A stretch of DNA of 64,000 bases from Octopus sinensis (Eukaryota): the NCBI RefSeq assembly GCF_006345805.1, contig NC_043006.1:82460001-82524000 (forward strand), given 5' to 3'. Below the pieces are notes generated by a model, which saw only the letters and a program-made list of their open reading frames with translations, ran no database searches and was not told where the DNA came from. Position numbers and translations under genes: made by a program. Of this stretch, positions 37,750 through 51,219 are shown piece by piece (position 1 is the first letter of the stretch; every line of letters starts with the position of its first letter).

Positions 37750-38677
37750 CCATTTTCATATAACCTCATCATGAACAGGAAAAGAAGGATCAACTTTACG
37801 CTTGTTTAGAATATCATTATGCCCTTATCAGCAATTGCTTACCCCATGTTAACTGCTACAGTGAAATCACATATAATCCATAGTAAAGTTAGTATGGATA
37901 ATAAGCAAAGCACTCCTAACACATCAGCGATATATGTAATATATCTAGACATGTATACATTTAGTTGAATAATTTATTACATAATTATATTAATGTTAGA
38001 GAAGTTTATTTCAATTTGTTGAATATACTCAGAAATATAGACACAGAGGACCTTTAGATGACAGGTGTATCACTATTTAATTAGTATTGCACTTATATGC
38101 TAAACACTGAATGTAGATTTGATAAGCTCATTCTCTTATTACTGTTTATTAATATCCACATGTGGTTCACATTTGTGTATGTGAATATACATGTGTCTGT
38201 ACGTGTGTGTGTGTGTGTGTGTGTGTATTTGTGTGTGTGTGTGTGTGTGTGAGTTTGGTAATGCAAACAGGAAAATAGAACTCAAAACATGATTACGTAT
38301 ACATTTTTATTAATAATTGTTTTTTTTTATAAATAATTTATAACTTGTGGCAAGTATTAATAAAAAAATGTATACACGTGTAACTAATGTGTGTGTGTGT
38401 GTGTGTGTGTAATGTTTGTATGTATGTAAATGTTGGCATGTAAGTGTGAACAAGTGAGACTCTATGAATGTATAGGTATGTACGCAATTTGCCTCATTGT
38501 AACCTTAGATTTAAGTGAATGAATAAAATCCTACTCAATGTATTGAGAACATTTTTCTCTTGTTTGTACATTCTTGCCCCCACCCCTACAAATGTGTGCA
38601 TATGTGTGTGTATGAACATAGCTGCAAAGTTTACAACAGGTTCAGAGCATGAATCTTGCTGGTGATGTTACAATATT

Positions 38678-39076
38678 TGGATCTTTTCGGTTTGAAATAA
38701 TTTCCATGTAACTAAACGCTTTTAAACTTCGTATACTGGTAGAATGTGTTTATAAAACATCTTTTTCTCTTGGCTTTCTTGAGAAAATTCTATAGTTTGT
38801 AAGATGTTTGTTGTAATTTTTTCTTCAATTTCTGCAATTTCAACCAAACATTCTGTGCCGCATGAATATGTCCCTCGTTTAAGAAACAGATTGGGTTTAT
38901 TTACATTTCCGAAGAAAAAAAGATACCCTTCCCCCCACCCCTAACCCCACCCCTAACCCTAACCCTAACCCTAAAACAGATTGAAATGCAATAGATCGAT
39001 ACTAGGGTCATAATTATGGGTGACAATTTCATATGACACCACTAAAAAAAACTGCCGTTCAAACCGAAAAGATCCC
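38678..39076. mobile_element. MITE with ~19-bp TIRs and internal (CCCTAA)n
   Basis: TGGATCTTTTCGGTTTGAA / TTCAAACCGAAAAGATCCC, AATATT on both flanks, CCCTAA units at ~38935-38972. Confidence 0.75.
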
Positions 39077-40411
39077 AATATTTTTCTGTTATTCATCTAT
39101 ATCATTAAATGAATGTGTGTGTGTGTATGTGTGTGTGTATGTGTATGTGTAAATATATATCATCATCCACATTATTTAATGTCTTTTTTCCCATGCTTGC
39201 ATAGGTGAAACGGAATTTATTGAGACAGATTTTTTTTCCTCTGGCTGCCTTTCTTGTAGACAGCCTTCACCTGTTTCCAAGTAAGATAATGTTTTCCCAT
39301 AGCTAGACATGTTTTTCATGGAAGATTGGCAATGAACAACCTCACTTGTCTGATGAAAATGCTCATGTACAATCATCACATGAGGTTTAAAAATAAAGAT
39401 ACACACAAATACATAGATACACATACACACATACATCTATAGCCGAAAACGTGGGTCCCCCCCCACCACCACCAAAAAGAAAAAGAAAAAATAAATAAAA
39501 GGAGGAGGGTACAAAAGGAAGTGTTTCCTTGACCATCTCTGACACTTCTGCACATCTCAGACTAATGGCTACTACCGACACCCTATATGTCACATTGGTA
39601 TTCTTGCTAGACATTAGGGGCCTTGTAACATCCCAATAATGTGCAAAACAGTACCTGAGAGACTTAGTGACACATAATCAAGCGAAAAGAGTGTCACTAA
39701 CCAGAAACTATGCTGGTCTCATGGAGGAAATATAGGCAGAATTCTGACCCCCATCAAAATTTATGGAAATGTTTTGCAGATTTATGGTCTACGCATGGAA
39801 ATCCATATACATAAATATACATACATGCTATATAATATTATATGTGTATGTGTGTGTGTGTGTGTTTGGTTTCGATTTCAATCCCAGTGTACTGGACCTT
39901 GAGCAAGTGTTTTTTGCTATCATCCCAGATCAACTTAACAGCATAATGTTCATCATTAGGCTCTGAGTTCAAATTCCACCCATAGAAAAATCTATCACAA
40001 CAAAATTCCATCTCACCCAAGTGAAAATGGAAGAGTAGATGTTAAAAATGATGATGATGAGGAGGAAGAGGGGGATTAGACCACTCAGCACAAATTTGAG
40101 GCCTGGTGCTTATATTAGTAACAATTTATTTATTTGTTTAACCTGACTGCCTGTTTTGTCAAGCTTCTTGCTAATCTGGCTCCTACATATTCCCCCTCGC
40201 CCTCTCTCTTCCACCTGTTTCAGCACAGCCACTAATTTCTCTCACCTTTTGACTAGTTCTCAGTGTGACAGAACCTGCTTTTGTCTGCCACTTGCATACT
40301 TAGTGTCACTCCATATATATATATATATGTATGCATACATGTATGTATGTATGTATGTATGTATGTATGTATGTATGTATGTATGTATGTATTTATGTAT
40401 GTTTGTATGTG

Positions 40412-40446
<35 letters not shown>

Positions 40447-40605
40447 GTGTTTGTATGTATATACCTATCTGTCCACATCTCTTTCTTTCTCTCCCCCTTT
40501 CTCTCTCTATCTATATATGTGTGTGCCTATCTGCTTGTGAGTAAATATATATATTTATTATATACATATATATATATATCTATGAGAGTAGGCTTATATA
40601 TATAT

Positions 40606-40638
<33 letters not shown>

Positions 40639-40871
40639 GAGAGTAGGCTTAAAACATCAAATACTTTTCCATTCTTCCTGAGCATCAAACTAATACACCT
40701 GCTTGTTGTTCCCTCACCTGTCTACGTCTTTTTTTTTCTGTAAATTTGAACTATATTTATATATATATATATATATACATACAGGAATGATATGCATGTA
40801 TGAAATATGCTTGCTTCATGTTTTTGTGTTGGTATTTATGATACATCATACCTAACAAATTATTGCAACTA

Positions 40872-40908
<37 letters not shown>

Positions 40909-41252
40909 CATTATCATCATCGTCATTGTCATCATTACAGTTGCAGTTGCACAATGAGGATGATGACAATGAAGGTGGTTATGGTGGAGATAGTGGATTC
41001 ATGGTGGGTGGGTCTATTAGGTATGATGATGGATGTAGTGGTGTTGGTGTTGGTGGTATTTGTAAAAACAGGTACCACAGGACATCTCACTTGATGCTTT
41101 TACAATAATGCCAACACAAAGTCCTAGACACGTAGTTTTATCTGACAACCTTCATAGAGATGAGGGTTGTCAGATATTATTATTATTATAATAATTATAA
41201 CAGACTGATTTTCTGTCCATCACATATATTCACAAAGGTTTTGTCAGTCTGA

Positions 41253-41315
41253 GGCATAGTGGTTAAGAGCGTGGGCTACTAACCCCAAGATTCTGAGTTC
41301 AATTCCAGGCAGTGA

Positions 41316-41320
<5 letters not shown>
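41253..41320 (+). mobile_element. tRNA-like SINE head followed by (AAT)n
   Basis: GGCATAGTGGTTAAGAGC...GAGTTCAATTCC (B box 41295-41306). Confidence 0.65.
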
Positions 41321-41346
<26 letters not shown>

Positions 41347-41370
41347 TATGATAATAATAATAATAATAAA

Positions 41371-41925
41371 TGCCCTGATGCAGTACCAGGCAGTGGCTCT
41401 CATGGTTTCTGATCTTAACTGATTGGAAGTGCTATCATGTACATTGTTTTGTCTTGGTATAAAAGATGGGCTACAGCAAATATTCTGCTCAATACCACAG
41501 ATTTGCTTGTCAGTTGTTTGACCTTAACCAGTTGAGCATGTCCCTTAGTGGCTGACGATATGTGCATCTCTGATCATGAGCAGAAGTAGTGGGGGAGCAT
41601 CATAGCCGTGTGTTGAGAGGGGTTCTTTGGGGTTTGAATAATTCACCTCTGGAAACATGGGTGTTTCGTTCAACATCCTTAAACAACCCTTATTCAGGGA
41701 GCTTTCGAGTGGGATGGGTTACTCGACCTGAAGAAAATTCTAACTGGGCCCCACCTGCAAGGTCATATACTGTTTATCTTGATATGAGATCACCATGTCG
41801 CGCACACATGGTTGTGATGCATGTGCCTGGTGTACCCTTATCAGACGGGTAGTCATGATGGGTATACTGGGCTTCGTATATTTTACCCCAGTGTCACTTT
41901 GATGGCATGCACTGCTCTCTCACTC
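41371..41925 (+). mobile_element. 555-bp non-coding element embedded in (AAT)n
   Basis: Three copies in the window (also 33868, 51219), all ending CACTCA(G/A)TAATAAT; no pol III boxes, TIRs or convincing ORF. Confidence 0.8.
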
Positions 41926-41994
<69 letters not shown>

Positions 41995-42012
41995 CATAAT
42001 AGTAATAATAAT

Positions 42013-42180
42013 AACATCGAATAATACCTTAGGAATAAGAACCCAGGGTTGGGTTCAAAATTTTACCAGGATACCTGATGAAGGCTGGAGTGTAAATCAG
42101 CCAAAATGTGGTAACATTGAAGAAGATGAGGACACATATCCGTCCAATGTAAATGATGTAAATAATGTATTAAATAATGA
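42013..42180 (+). mobile_element. PLE-terminus-like segment with a decayed hammerhead (core 42075-42110)
   Basis: TAC-CTGATGA-A-GGCTG(GAGTGTAAAT)CAGCC-AAAA-TG-T-GGTA; GAAACG to AAAATG fits CpG decay. Confidence 0.55.
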
Positions 42181-42259
42181 TGATGATGATGATGATGATG
42201 ATACACACATACACATTATACATAACAAACAGACTTATAGTAGTAAAATAATATACTGT

Positions 42260-42660
42260 TTTACTCTTTTACTTGTTTCAGTCATGTGACTGTGGCCATG
42301 CTGGAGCACCGCCTTTAGTTGAGCAAATCGACACCAGGACTTATTCTTTGTAAGCCTAGTACTTATTCTATCGGTCTCTTTTGCCAAACCGCTAAGTTAC
42401 GGGGACGTAAACACATCAGCATCAGTTGTCAAGCGATGTTGGGGGGACAAACACAGACACACAAACATATACACACACATACATATATATATATACATAT
42501 ATACGACGGGCTTCTTTCAGTTTCCATCTACCAAATTCACTCACAAGGTTTTGGTCGGCCTGAGGCTATAGTAGAAGACACTTGCCCAAGGTGCCATGTA
42601 GTGGGACTGAACCCAGAACCATGTGGTTGGTTAGCAAGCTACTTACCACACAGCCACTCC
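42260..42660 (-). mobile_element. Full-length OK-like SINE
   Basis: Reverse-complement match. Confidence 0.9.
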
Positions 42661-42909
42661 TACGCCTATATATATACATTATGTGTATATCTTTATCTAT
42701 ATATCTATATCTCCCTCTAATTCTATATCTACGTATGCATGTATATATATACATTTGTATTCATGTTTTTATTTTATGATTGTAGCACCATTTTTTTTTG
42801 TTGTTAACTTCATAATAACTGGGTAATGTTACATTTGTCTTTGTCACTTTCATATCTCAAAACTACAAATAATAATAATAATAATAATGATAATAATAAT
42901 AATGATAAA

Positions 42910-42959
<50 letters not shown>

Positions 42960-44298
42960 TGATGATGATGATGATAAAAGAATACTAGAATAATAATAAT
43001 TTGACTTGATCAATCTTAATATTAATAAAGTGTGCAACAAAATAAAATCAATATAAAAAAAAAATATTAATAGATAAGTATTGATGTTATAATCGTCCTA
43101 AAGTAGAAATAATTTTGGTAAACGATGTTAGAATTTTTAATGACCACTATATAAGTAATATGAATTGTGTGATATGTCATTATTTGGTCTTAGATGAATA
43201 TGCCTTACTACTACTTCATAAGTAGTTTGTCTGGGTCCTAAAGAAGGCTTCCACTTTCATCTAACAGTGAAACAAGCAAAAGCTTGACCTGTTTTTCTTG
43301 GGTAACAGAATAGCAGAACCGATCGAGTGTTGGATAAAATTCCTGCAGCATTTAATCATGGATTTTTATGCCTTGTGTTCAAATTTGGCTAAGGTAAACT
43401 TTGCCTTTCAACCTTCAGGGGTTGGTGATATAAAGTGGAGTTGATTTAATATCCCAGGAATTATAGATAGAGAAGAGTAATTTGCTAAGTTCCAGTCAGG
43501 TTAGCTGTTATTTCTAGCAGCATGTTGTGTCCACTTGGAGGCTAGAGGCTCTCTGGTTGATTTGTTCTGTGTGTTATATCTATGGATTGGCATAATGTAT
43601 GGAAGCACATAAAAAACATAATCACAAAAGGTCAAATAAAGCTATTTATTTTAATGAACTGTAACTCAATTACTCTGTGCTCTTTCACCTTGCATTATTA
43701 GTAAACCATATCTCAAAATATCCATCTAATATCTATTTAAAACTATATAAACTGAACCAGAAAATACTGTGTCTATATGAATAAAAGGGTATCAAATACT
43801 AGCTCCACAGCCAGGCCAATTCTGCATCAGTTTAGTAATAATCATACCTGAATATAGTAATTCTTTATTTTTGTGGTCAAAAACAAAGGAAGACAACAAT
43901 ATGACAGGCTCCCACAATTTTTGTTTAACAAGTCCACTCACAAGGTTTTGGTTAACCTGGGGCTATAGTAGAAGACACTTGCCCAAAGTGTCATACAGTA
44001 AAATTGAACCTAAAATCATGTGGTTGGGAAGTAGACTTCTTACCATGCAGCCATGATTGTGCTTATAATATCACACGAAGCAGCTTTGAATAAAATATAT
44101 TTCTGTTAACATAATATTTAATAAGGTCAAGAGTATTTGGATGTTATAAGACCTTTTTTTGCTGGAATAATTGTAGGATGAGAATTTTCTGTTGGGACTA
44201 TTTTTGCAGCGATAGGTCTTATCATGTCCAAATGCACTCAAATGTGTTAAACATAACTTTACATGAAAATATGTATGAATGCACACACGCACGCATGT

Positions 44299-44355
<57 letters not shown>

Positions 44356-44489
44356 TGCACATGTATTTTATGTATGCAAGTCTTTGTGTTTTCCCCCCTC
44401 ACTATTGCTTGAATAACCTGTGATGGTTTGTTTACATCTGTGTAACTTAGCAGTTCAACAAAAATGTTCAATAGAATAAGTATCAGCAT

Positions 44490-44790
44490 TCATCATCATC
44501 ATCATCGTTGTTTAACATCTGCTTTCCATGCTAGCATGGGTTGGATGATTTGACTGAGGTCTGGTGAACCAGATGGCTGCACCAGGCTCCAATCTGATCT
44601 GGCAGAATTTCTACAGCTGGATGCCCTTCCTAACACCAACCACTCTGAGAGTGTAGTGGGTGCTTTTACGTACCACCGGCATGAGGGCCAGTCAGGCAGT
44701 ACTGGCAATGGCCACGCTCAAATGGTGCTTTTTATGTGCCACCTGCACAAGAGCCAGTCCAGTAGCACTGGCAACGACCTTGCTCGAATC
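44490..44790 (-). mobile_element. RTE-like (GAT)n-tailed element nested in an OK-like SINE remnant
   Basis: Family core plus two units; SINE pieces at 44380-44485 and 44800-44895. Confidence 0.75.
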
Positions 44791-45344
44791 ATTAAAAAGA
44801 TAAAATAAGCACTCGAATCAATTTGATGAAGTAAATCCTTCAAGGTGGTGCTCCAGCATGGCTGCAGTCAATTGACTGAAACAAGTAAATGAATAAAAAA
44901 ATCAAGGGGTTAATACCACTAAAAAGTGTTTATTGTTCTGAACCAGATTTAATTATAGAATATTGATATTAGGTGATTTGTTAATGGGGGAGATATGAAG
45001 TGTACATGTTGCAATGGAGTCAACAGTAAGGGGTATTCTTGACTCCTTCTGAAAATAATTTCACTATTTCTAGTAACCCCCAATACCTATTTCTTTTACT
45101 ACCCACAAGAGTCTAAACACAGAGGAGACAAATAAGGACAGACAAACGGATTAAGTCAATTATATCGACCCCAGTGCATAACTGGTACTTATTTAATCGA
45201 CCCCGAAAAAATGAAAGACAAAGTTGACCTTGGCGGAATTTGAACTCAGAAGGTAACGACAGATGAAATACGGCTACACATTTCGCCCAGCGTGCTAACG
45301 TTTCTGCCAACACCACCACCACCACCACCACCCTCATGAAATAC

Positions 45345-45383
45345 CTCTAGATCACACTGTGAAGTGCTTTGTGGAGAGAGAAT
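45345..45383 (-). CDS. Candidate 39-nt symmetric exon (ILSPQSTSQCDLE)
   Basis: TAATCTTTTGCAG acceptor, GAG|GTATTT donor, phase 0/0; no homology support. Confidence 0.3.
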
Positions 45384-45986
45384 CTGCAAAAGATTAATAC
45401 TCCACAGCAAGTATATAACAAGTGCAACAATGAGATTGGTTGATTTTCTCTGTTGCTCTGTGTGCATGCATGTGTGTATGTTTGTGTGTGTGCATGTGTG
45501 TGTGTGTGTGTGTGTGTGTTCAGATTACAATTGTTCAATGTACAGACAACAGATGTAAAATGATGATGATGACAATGGCGGATTAATAAAGACAGTATGA
45601 ACACCTAGAATTTGCAGTTAATAGACTTTAACAGAACTTTTATTTCACATTAAAAACAGAAATTATATTTACATTAGAAAAATTAAAGAAGCAGCAGAAG
45701 ATATGCTGCTTGCTACTAACTCAGTAAGTAACCATTAACATTGAGATCAGTTATCTTAATTCTGGATTATTTTCAAAATTAATTGAAACACAAAAACATT
45801 TCATTAGAATAATAATTATAAAAGTGTTAAAAACCATTTTGTTACAGACCCACTCATATTTGAACTCGAATCTTTGTCAAGATCTTCATTACAACTTGAA
45901 TAATATGAGGTTTGAGTGAGTTACCACCAGCATAATATATCATTGTCTGTTCCAGTGTAGACAGATACAGATATCTTATTCTATAT

Positions 45987-46520
45987 ACTCTTTTACTTGT
46001 TTCAGTCATGTGACTGTGGCTATGCTGGAGCATCGCTTTTAGTTGAGCAAATCAACCCCAGGACTTATTCTTTGTAAGCCTAGTACTTATTCTAACAGTC
46101 TCTTTTACTGCATAGCTAAGTTACGGGGATGTAAACACACCAGCATCGGTTGTCAATTGATGTTAGGAGGACAAACATGGTCACACAAACATACACACAC
46201 GTACATACATATATATATATATATATACATACGACGGGCTTCTTTTAGTTTCCGTCTACCAAATTCACTCACAAGGCTTTGGTCGGCCCAAGGCTATAGT
46301 AGAAGAAACTTGCCCAAGGTGCCACGCAGTGGGACTGAACCACACAGCCACTCCTTCGCCTGTGTAACATTTTGCACACACACACATGATAGGCTTTCAG
46401 TTTCTGTCTACTAAATCCACTCAAAAGGCTTTGGTCGGCCCAAGGCTATAGTAGAAAACACTTGCCCAAGGTACCAGACCATGTGATTGGAAGCAAACCT
46501 CTTACCACACAGCCATGCCT
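45987..46520 (-). mobile_element. OK-like SINE plus a partial second head
   Basis: 45987-46360 full copy; 46385-46520 repeats the head region. Confidence 0.8.
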
Positions 46521-46548
46521 GCATCTATATATATGTATGTATTCTATG

Positions 46549-46842
46549 TGTGGAGGCACATGGCCTAGTGGTTAGAGCAGCAGACTTGCGGTTGAGGGAT
46601 CGCGGGTTCAAATCTCAGACTGGCCAATGTGTGTGTTTATGAGCGAAACACCTAAGCTCCACACGGCTCTGGCAGAAGGTAATGGCAAATTTCTGCTGAC
46701 TCTTTCACCACAACTTTCTTCCTGCATTTTGCAGCTCACCTGCGATGGATCGGCATCCCGTCCAGGTGGAAAACCTATACGCCAAGGAAACTGGGAAACC
46801 GGCCCTAATGAGCCAGGCATGGCTCGAGAAGGAACAAACAAA
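46549..46842 (+). mobile_element. tRNA-Arg-like SINE with Meta-like tail (~290 bp)
   Basis: GGAGGCACATGGCCTAGTGG head, CTGCGATGGATCGGCATCCCGTCC motif, (AAAC)n tail. Confidence 0.85.
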
Positions 46843-46984
46843 CATGTATTCTATGTAGCCATGTAGTATATTGTTGGTTATGGCTGGTCAGAAATTCGCC
46901 CTTGATTTTTATGTCTAATATTGCACTTGACTATAGAAGCAACTCAATAAACCTGTTGGCTGGATGCACAAACCCTTTTTTTCT

Positions 46985-47800
46985 AATGGAGGGGAAAATA
47001 TAGTCTTGGTCAGTTTGGTGGTGAAAATCTCTGGAAATGGTAAAAAAAAACCAAAACAGAAAGACCCATTCTGGGAGGGACGGAATTACCTCCCTTGAAT
47101 TCCACCTGCATCCAAAATGGGTCAGTTTATATACGTCTTTTGTTCACTAGTCAGCAAAAGGGGAAGACCATGTTTTCAAAACAAATTTTGAATAATGTCG
47201 GCAGTTTAGCATTTTGAATTCAAGAAGGCCCTCAGATCATGCAGATTTTTTTCAGGCCATTTTCCTCTCAGCTAAGCAAATTTTGTACTGTCTGATTCCA
47301 TTGGGGTATGGCTCAGGTTGTTCTATTAGCTTCCAATTAATCCATGGTATTCCTTCTTTTAAATACTGTATATAGCTGGCAAATGTCATAATGATGCTTC
47401 TCTTGAATTCACAATGTGAAACTTTTAGGTGGTGTTCTTATGACAGAAAATTTATTTTTGGAAACGTGATTTTCCTTGTTTGTGGGCTAGTGAACAAAAA
47501 AGCGTGTATAAATTGGTCCATTTCAGACACAGTTAGAATTGTACAAAGAGAGGTACTTCTATTCTTCTCAGAATGGGTATCTTTGTTTCAGAATTTTTCC
47601 CATTTGGGGGATTTTTTACTCCCAAACTGACCAAGTCTGTATTTTTACCTCTATTAGTAAAGAGGCGACAACGTACCTCTGGCTGGGAGGTCAGATAAGT
47701 CGTCTATCTTACCAAGTGCAATGATAGATATGAAACTAATGGTAACTTTCCGACTGAGTATAAACAATGATATACTGCTCAACCACATAGCATATAACTG
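46985..47800 (-). mobile_element. Highly degenerate PLE GIY-YIG remnant with an inverted partial copy
   Basis: Minus strand SYIQYLKEGIPWINWKLIEQPEPYPNGIRQYKICLAER aligns by eye to the C-terminus of the 17400 ORF; 46985-47200 resembles the reverse complement of 47450-47680. Confidence 0.55.
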
Positions 47801-48356
47801 CTTGGAAATTTTTTTAGAAGGTGCGTCAAACTTAAGGACAACTGACCAATTATGTGAGTGTGTGTGTGTGTGTGTGTGTTGAAAAAAAATTAGTTGCAAA
47901 ACATAAAAAGTGTAGTCATTAGGAATAAATAAGTCATGAAAAAATTTTTTAAATGGCTCATACATGCTATGTTTAATTTATATAGAGAAAATATAAAGTT
48001 AACATTATTTATACATGGTGAGTGTATGAATTTCAAAATAATTTCATGTAAAGAAACACTTTTAAGTTGCACTGCTGCTAAAACGTTTTTGAAATACAGA
48101 AAAAAAATGTGATTCTCTGCTGGTAATTATCAGCTTGAAATTAAACACCAAATATCTTGTTTGGAGAAGATTAATATGATTTTGAAGTTTTCCACGGAAA
48201 CTAGCTAGAGTATCTATTGCTCAGTGTAGTAATACATCACAATCTTCCTCCTCCTCCCTCCTCCTCCTCATCCCTCCTCCTCCTCCTCCTCCTCATCGTC
48301 ATCATTCTCATCATCATCATCATTCTCATCATCATCATCATCATCATAATCCTCAA

Positions 48357-48403
<47 letters not shown>

Positions 48404-48686
48404 ACTTCACCACCACCACCACTGATATTGTCATTTTACCAAACCATTTTTACATGATTGTGTGGGTTCAGACAGAATTTACAGGGACAGAATTTCTTTT
48501 CTTATGGCTGGATACCTTTCCTGTCACCAATCCTCACCCGTTTCCAAGCAAGGTAATATATCCTCCATGGCTGGACATACTTCTATGGAAGACTGGAAAT
48601 GAATGGCATCACTTATATGATGATTGCACTTATTTACAACTGCCACTCAAGAGAAATACAAGGAGAGATAAACATACACACATATT

Positions 48687-48721
<35 letters not shown>

Positions 48722-49003
48722 CGTTGGGCCTGTTCCAATGACATTATTTGATTTTATATATAAATATATATATGTAATTAAGATTCTGTTAAATTAGGTA
48801 CTTAAGTTGAAGCACCAAATCAGTTCAGTATGGTCTGCACAGCTTGAAGTAAGGTGAATAAAAAGCAAATAAGTAACAAGGTATCTTATGATCATGAGCC
48901 CAACACCCTAACCACTAAGCCATTCACCTCCACATTAAGTGGATAAAGTTACTAGTCAAGGTATCAATGCATTAATACCTTGACATCCTTATTACTTATT
49001 TGC

Positions 49004-49083
<80 letters not shown>

Positions 49084-49987
49084 ATACACACACTCACACA
49101 CACACACATATGGCTATAAATAGATAGATAGACAGACAGACAGACTGATAGTTAGATGCTTTCAGCTTCTGTGTTCTAAATCCACTCACAAAGTTTTGGT
49201 TGGCCTGGGACTAAAGTAGAAGACTAAGGTGTCTAAGGAGTCACAAAGTGGGACTGAACCCAAAAGCACATGGTGGGGAACCAAACTTCTTTACCACTCA
49301 GCCATGCCAGCACCAATTATATTCTTGTAATTTCAGTTCGACTTACTTTGCCTTGTACTCATGATGGAAAACTGAAACCAGTTTAGATATGATGATGAGC
49401 AGGATTTTAGGAATGAAAGTGAAAATATTACCAAATATCTAACGAAGCTCCTACTCACTCATATCAGTGTCTTAATCGGGTGTCGTAATCATGTTATTTG
49501 AGATAGGTGAAGTAGGTGCAAAAGAAATAGTTTATAATATGCACATATTCAAAAGTATCACAGTTGTGAAACAGGTATAGTAATCTTGCATGTGGTAAGC
49601 AAAAACTAAAAGGATTGTGTTAGGAAGGGGATCTGGTCTTAAAACACTACTGCAAAAACGGAACCAAGATGAGTATTGGTTGACTGTCTTGGGACCTGCA
49701 ATTTTTGGCAAGGAAAAAAAAAAAGGCCTTACAAATAGTTTACAGTTGTTTTATGAAAGTTTGTGTCCTGGTGGTTAGAGAGTTTGGTTTATGATTGTAA
49801 TGTCAATGGTTCGATTTCTGGATTAAGACATTTCATTTTAGAAAATTAGAGTAAACACATAATTCTTTAATCACTGCTTTCTTTTCTCATTAACCATACA
49901 TATCTTACATCTATTTTCTTTCCTCCACCTCACTCTCTATTTATATCACATCGAAACTAACTATGACTTAACTTTTCCTTTCACACC

Positions 49988-50042
49988 ATCTCTGATGAAG
50001 GGATATTATTATTAATTAATATTCTAGAAACAGCTGTAAGAC
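49988..50042 (+). ncRNA. Minimal type I hammerhead motif, same family as 33575
   Basis: TCT-CTGATGA-A-GGGATATTA(8 nt)TAATATTCT-A-GAAA-C(AGCT)GTA^AGA. Confidence 0.72.
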
Positions 50043-50639
50043 CTTCTATCTATAAATGCTCTAATATATATACAGCCTTGGTTTTTTTTTATCACATTAC
50101 ACAAAAAATTCGTATATACACACGTTGACATAGAACCAATGTTGAGCCCTTTATTTGTGCTTTCTTTTCTATTCATCTTCTTGGTTACATTACCAGTATC
50201 AAATAGAAACACAGTGAAGTAGTGAGGGTTCTCTAATCATACAGATTATAAGGCAACTTCACTAGTGCTGGTAACACAATAAAGTGTGCTTAATTATACT
50301 TTATGAAATGGTTGGCAAATAAACTAAGTGGAGACAAGGATGGATCAAGAGTATCTTTTAGCATTGCTGAGAGCCCAGCAACTTCTCTAGAGTTGGTGCC
50401 ATGATAAAATACATCATGTACATTCTGAAAAGTGGTTAGTGTTAGGTAGGGTATCCAGTCATAGAAGCCAGGCCAAAAATAGAATTTCAAGGTCCTTCAA
50501 CTGATCTAAAAAGGTGGTAGTAACTCTGAATGGAAGGCAGATGTGAAAATGATGAGAAAGATTATAATGAAGATGATGAAATGGAAAAGAATCTGTTATG
50601 CTAAACCCATCAATGTTCAGATTATTTAATTTCGTTCCT

Positions 50640-51073
50640 TATCCATCTTGTTACCATATTTCTCCTGAAATACTGTGCTTTTGTTTCAATTAATTTTTAA
50701 GACAATAAAGAACTTAGAAAAATAACACTCATTATTAAACTTGTTCGTGTACTTGACAAAATGCTTAGAGTCCTATTTTCCAGCTTTTTGTGTTCAGAAT
50801 TCAATTGCAGCCAAATTCAACTTTGCCTTTCATCTTTTTGAGATCAATAAAATAAATTAACGTAATCAACTTACTCTTAATGTAATCGACTTACTCTCAC
50901 CCCTAAAATTGCTGGCCTTGTGCCAAAATTAGAAAGAATTATTTAAATGGTTATTTGGGACAAAACATTAAATGAAATTTTGATGAAAGGTTTTAATTTA
51001 AATCATCTTAAAAGGAGAAGTTTGTATCATTGAATAAGGTGTACTCTCAGGTGGGTTGGTAACTAAATGGTTA
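50640..51073. mobile_element. piggyBac-like MITE interrupted by a SINE (50750-50935)
   Basis: Degenerate ends TTATCCATCTTGTTACC ... GGTAACTAAATGGTTAA. Confidence 0.5.
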
Positions 51074-51160
51074 ACTCTGTGAATTCTAATCACAACTATC
51101 ATTCAAGCCATACTAGAGTTCATTATAATTCTACACAGCACTTTTTATAGTCTTCCAAAG

Positions 51161-51218
<58 letters not shown>

Positions 51219-51219
<1 letters not shown>

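Noticed and set aside
38935-38972. (CCCTAA)n as a chromosome end or fusion scar
   Set aside because: Only a few units, internal to a TIR element.
41728-41765. CTGAAGA within the 555-bp element
   Set aside because: No downstream stem II/GAAA arrangement.
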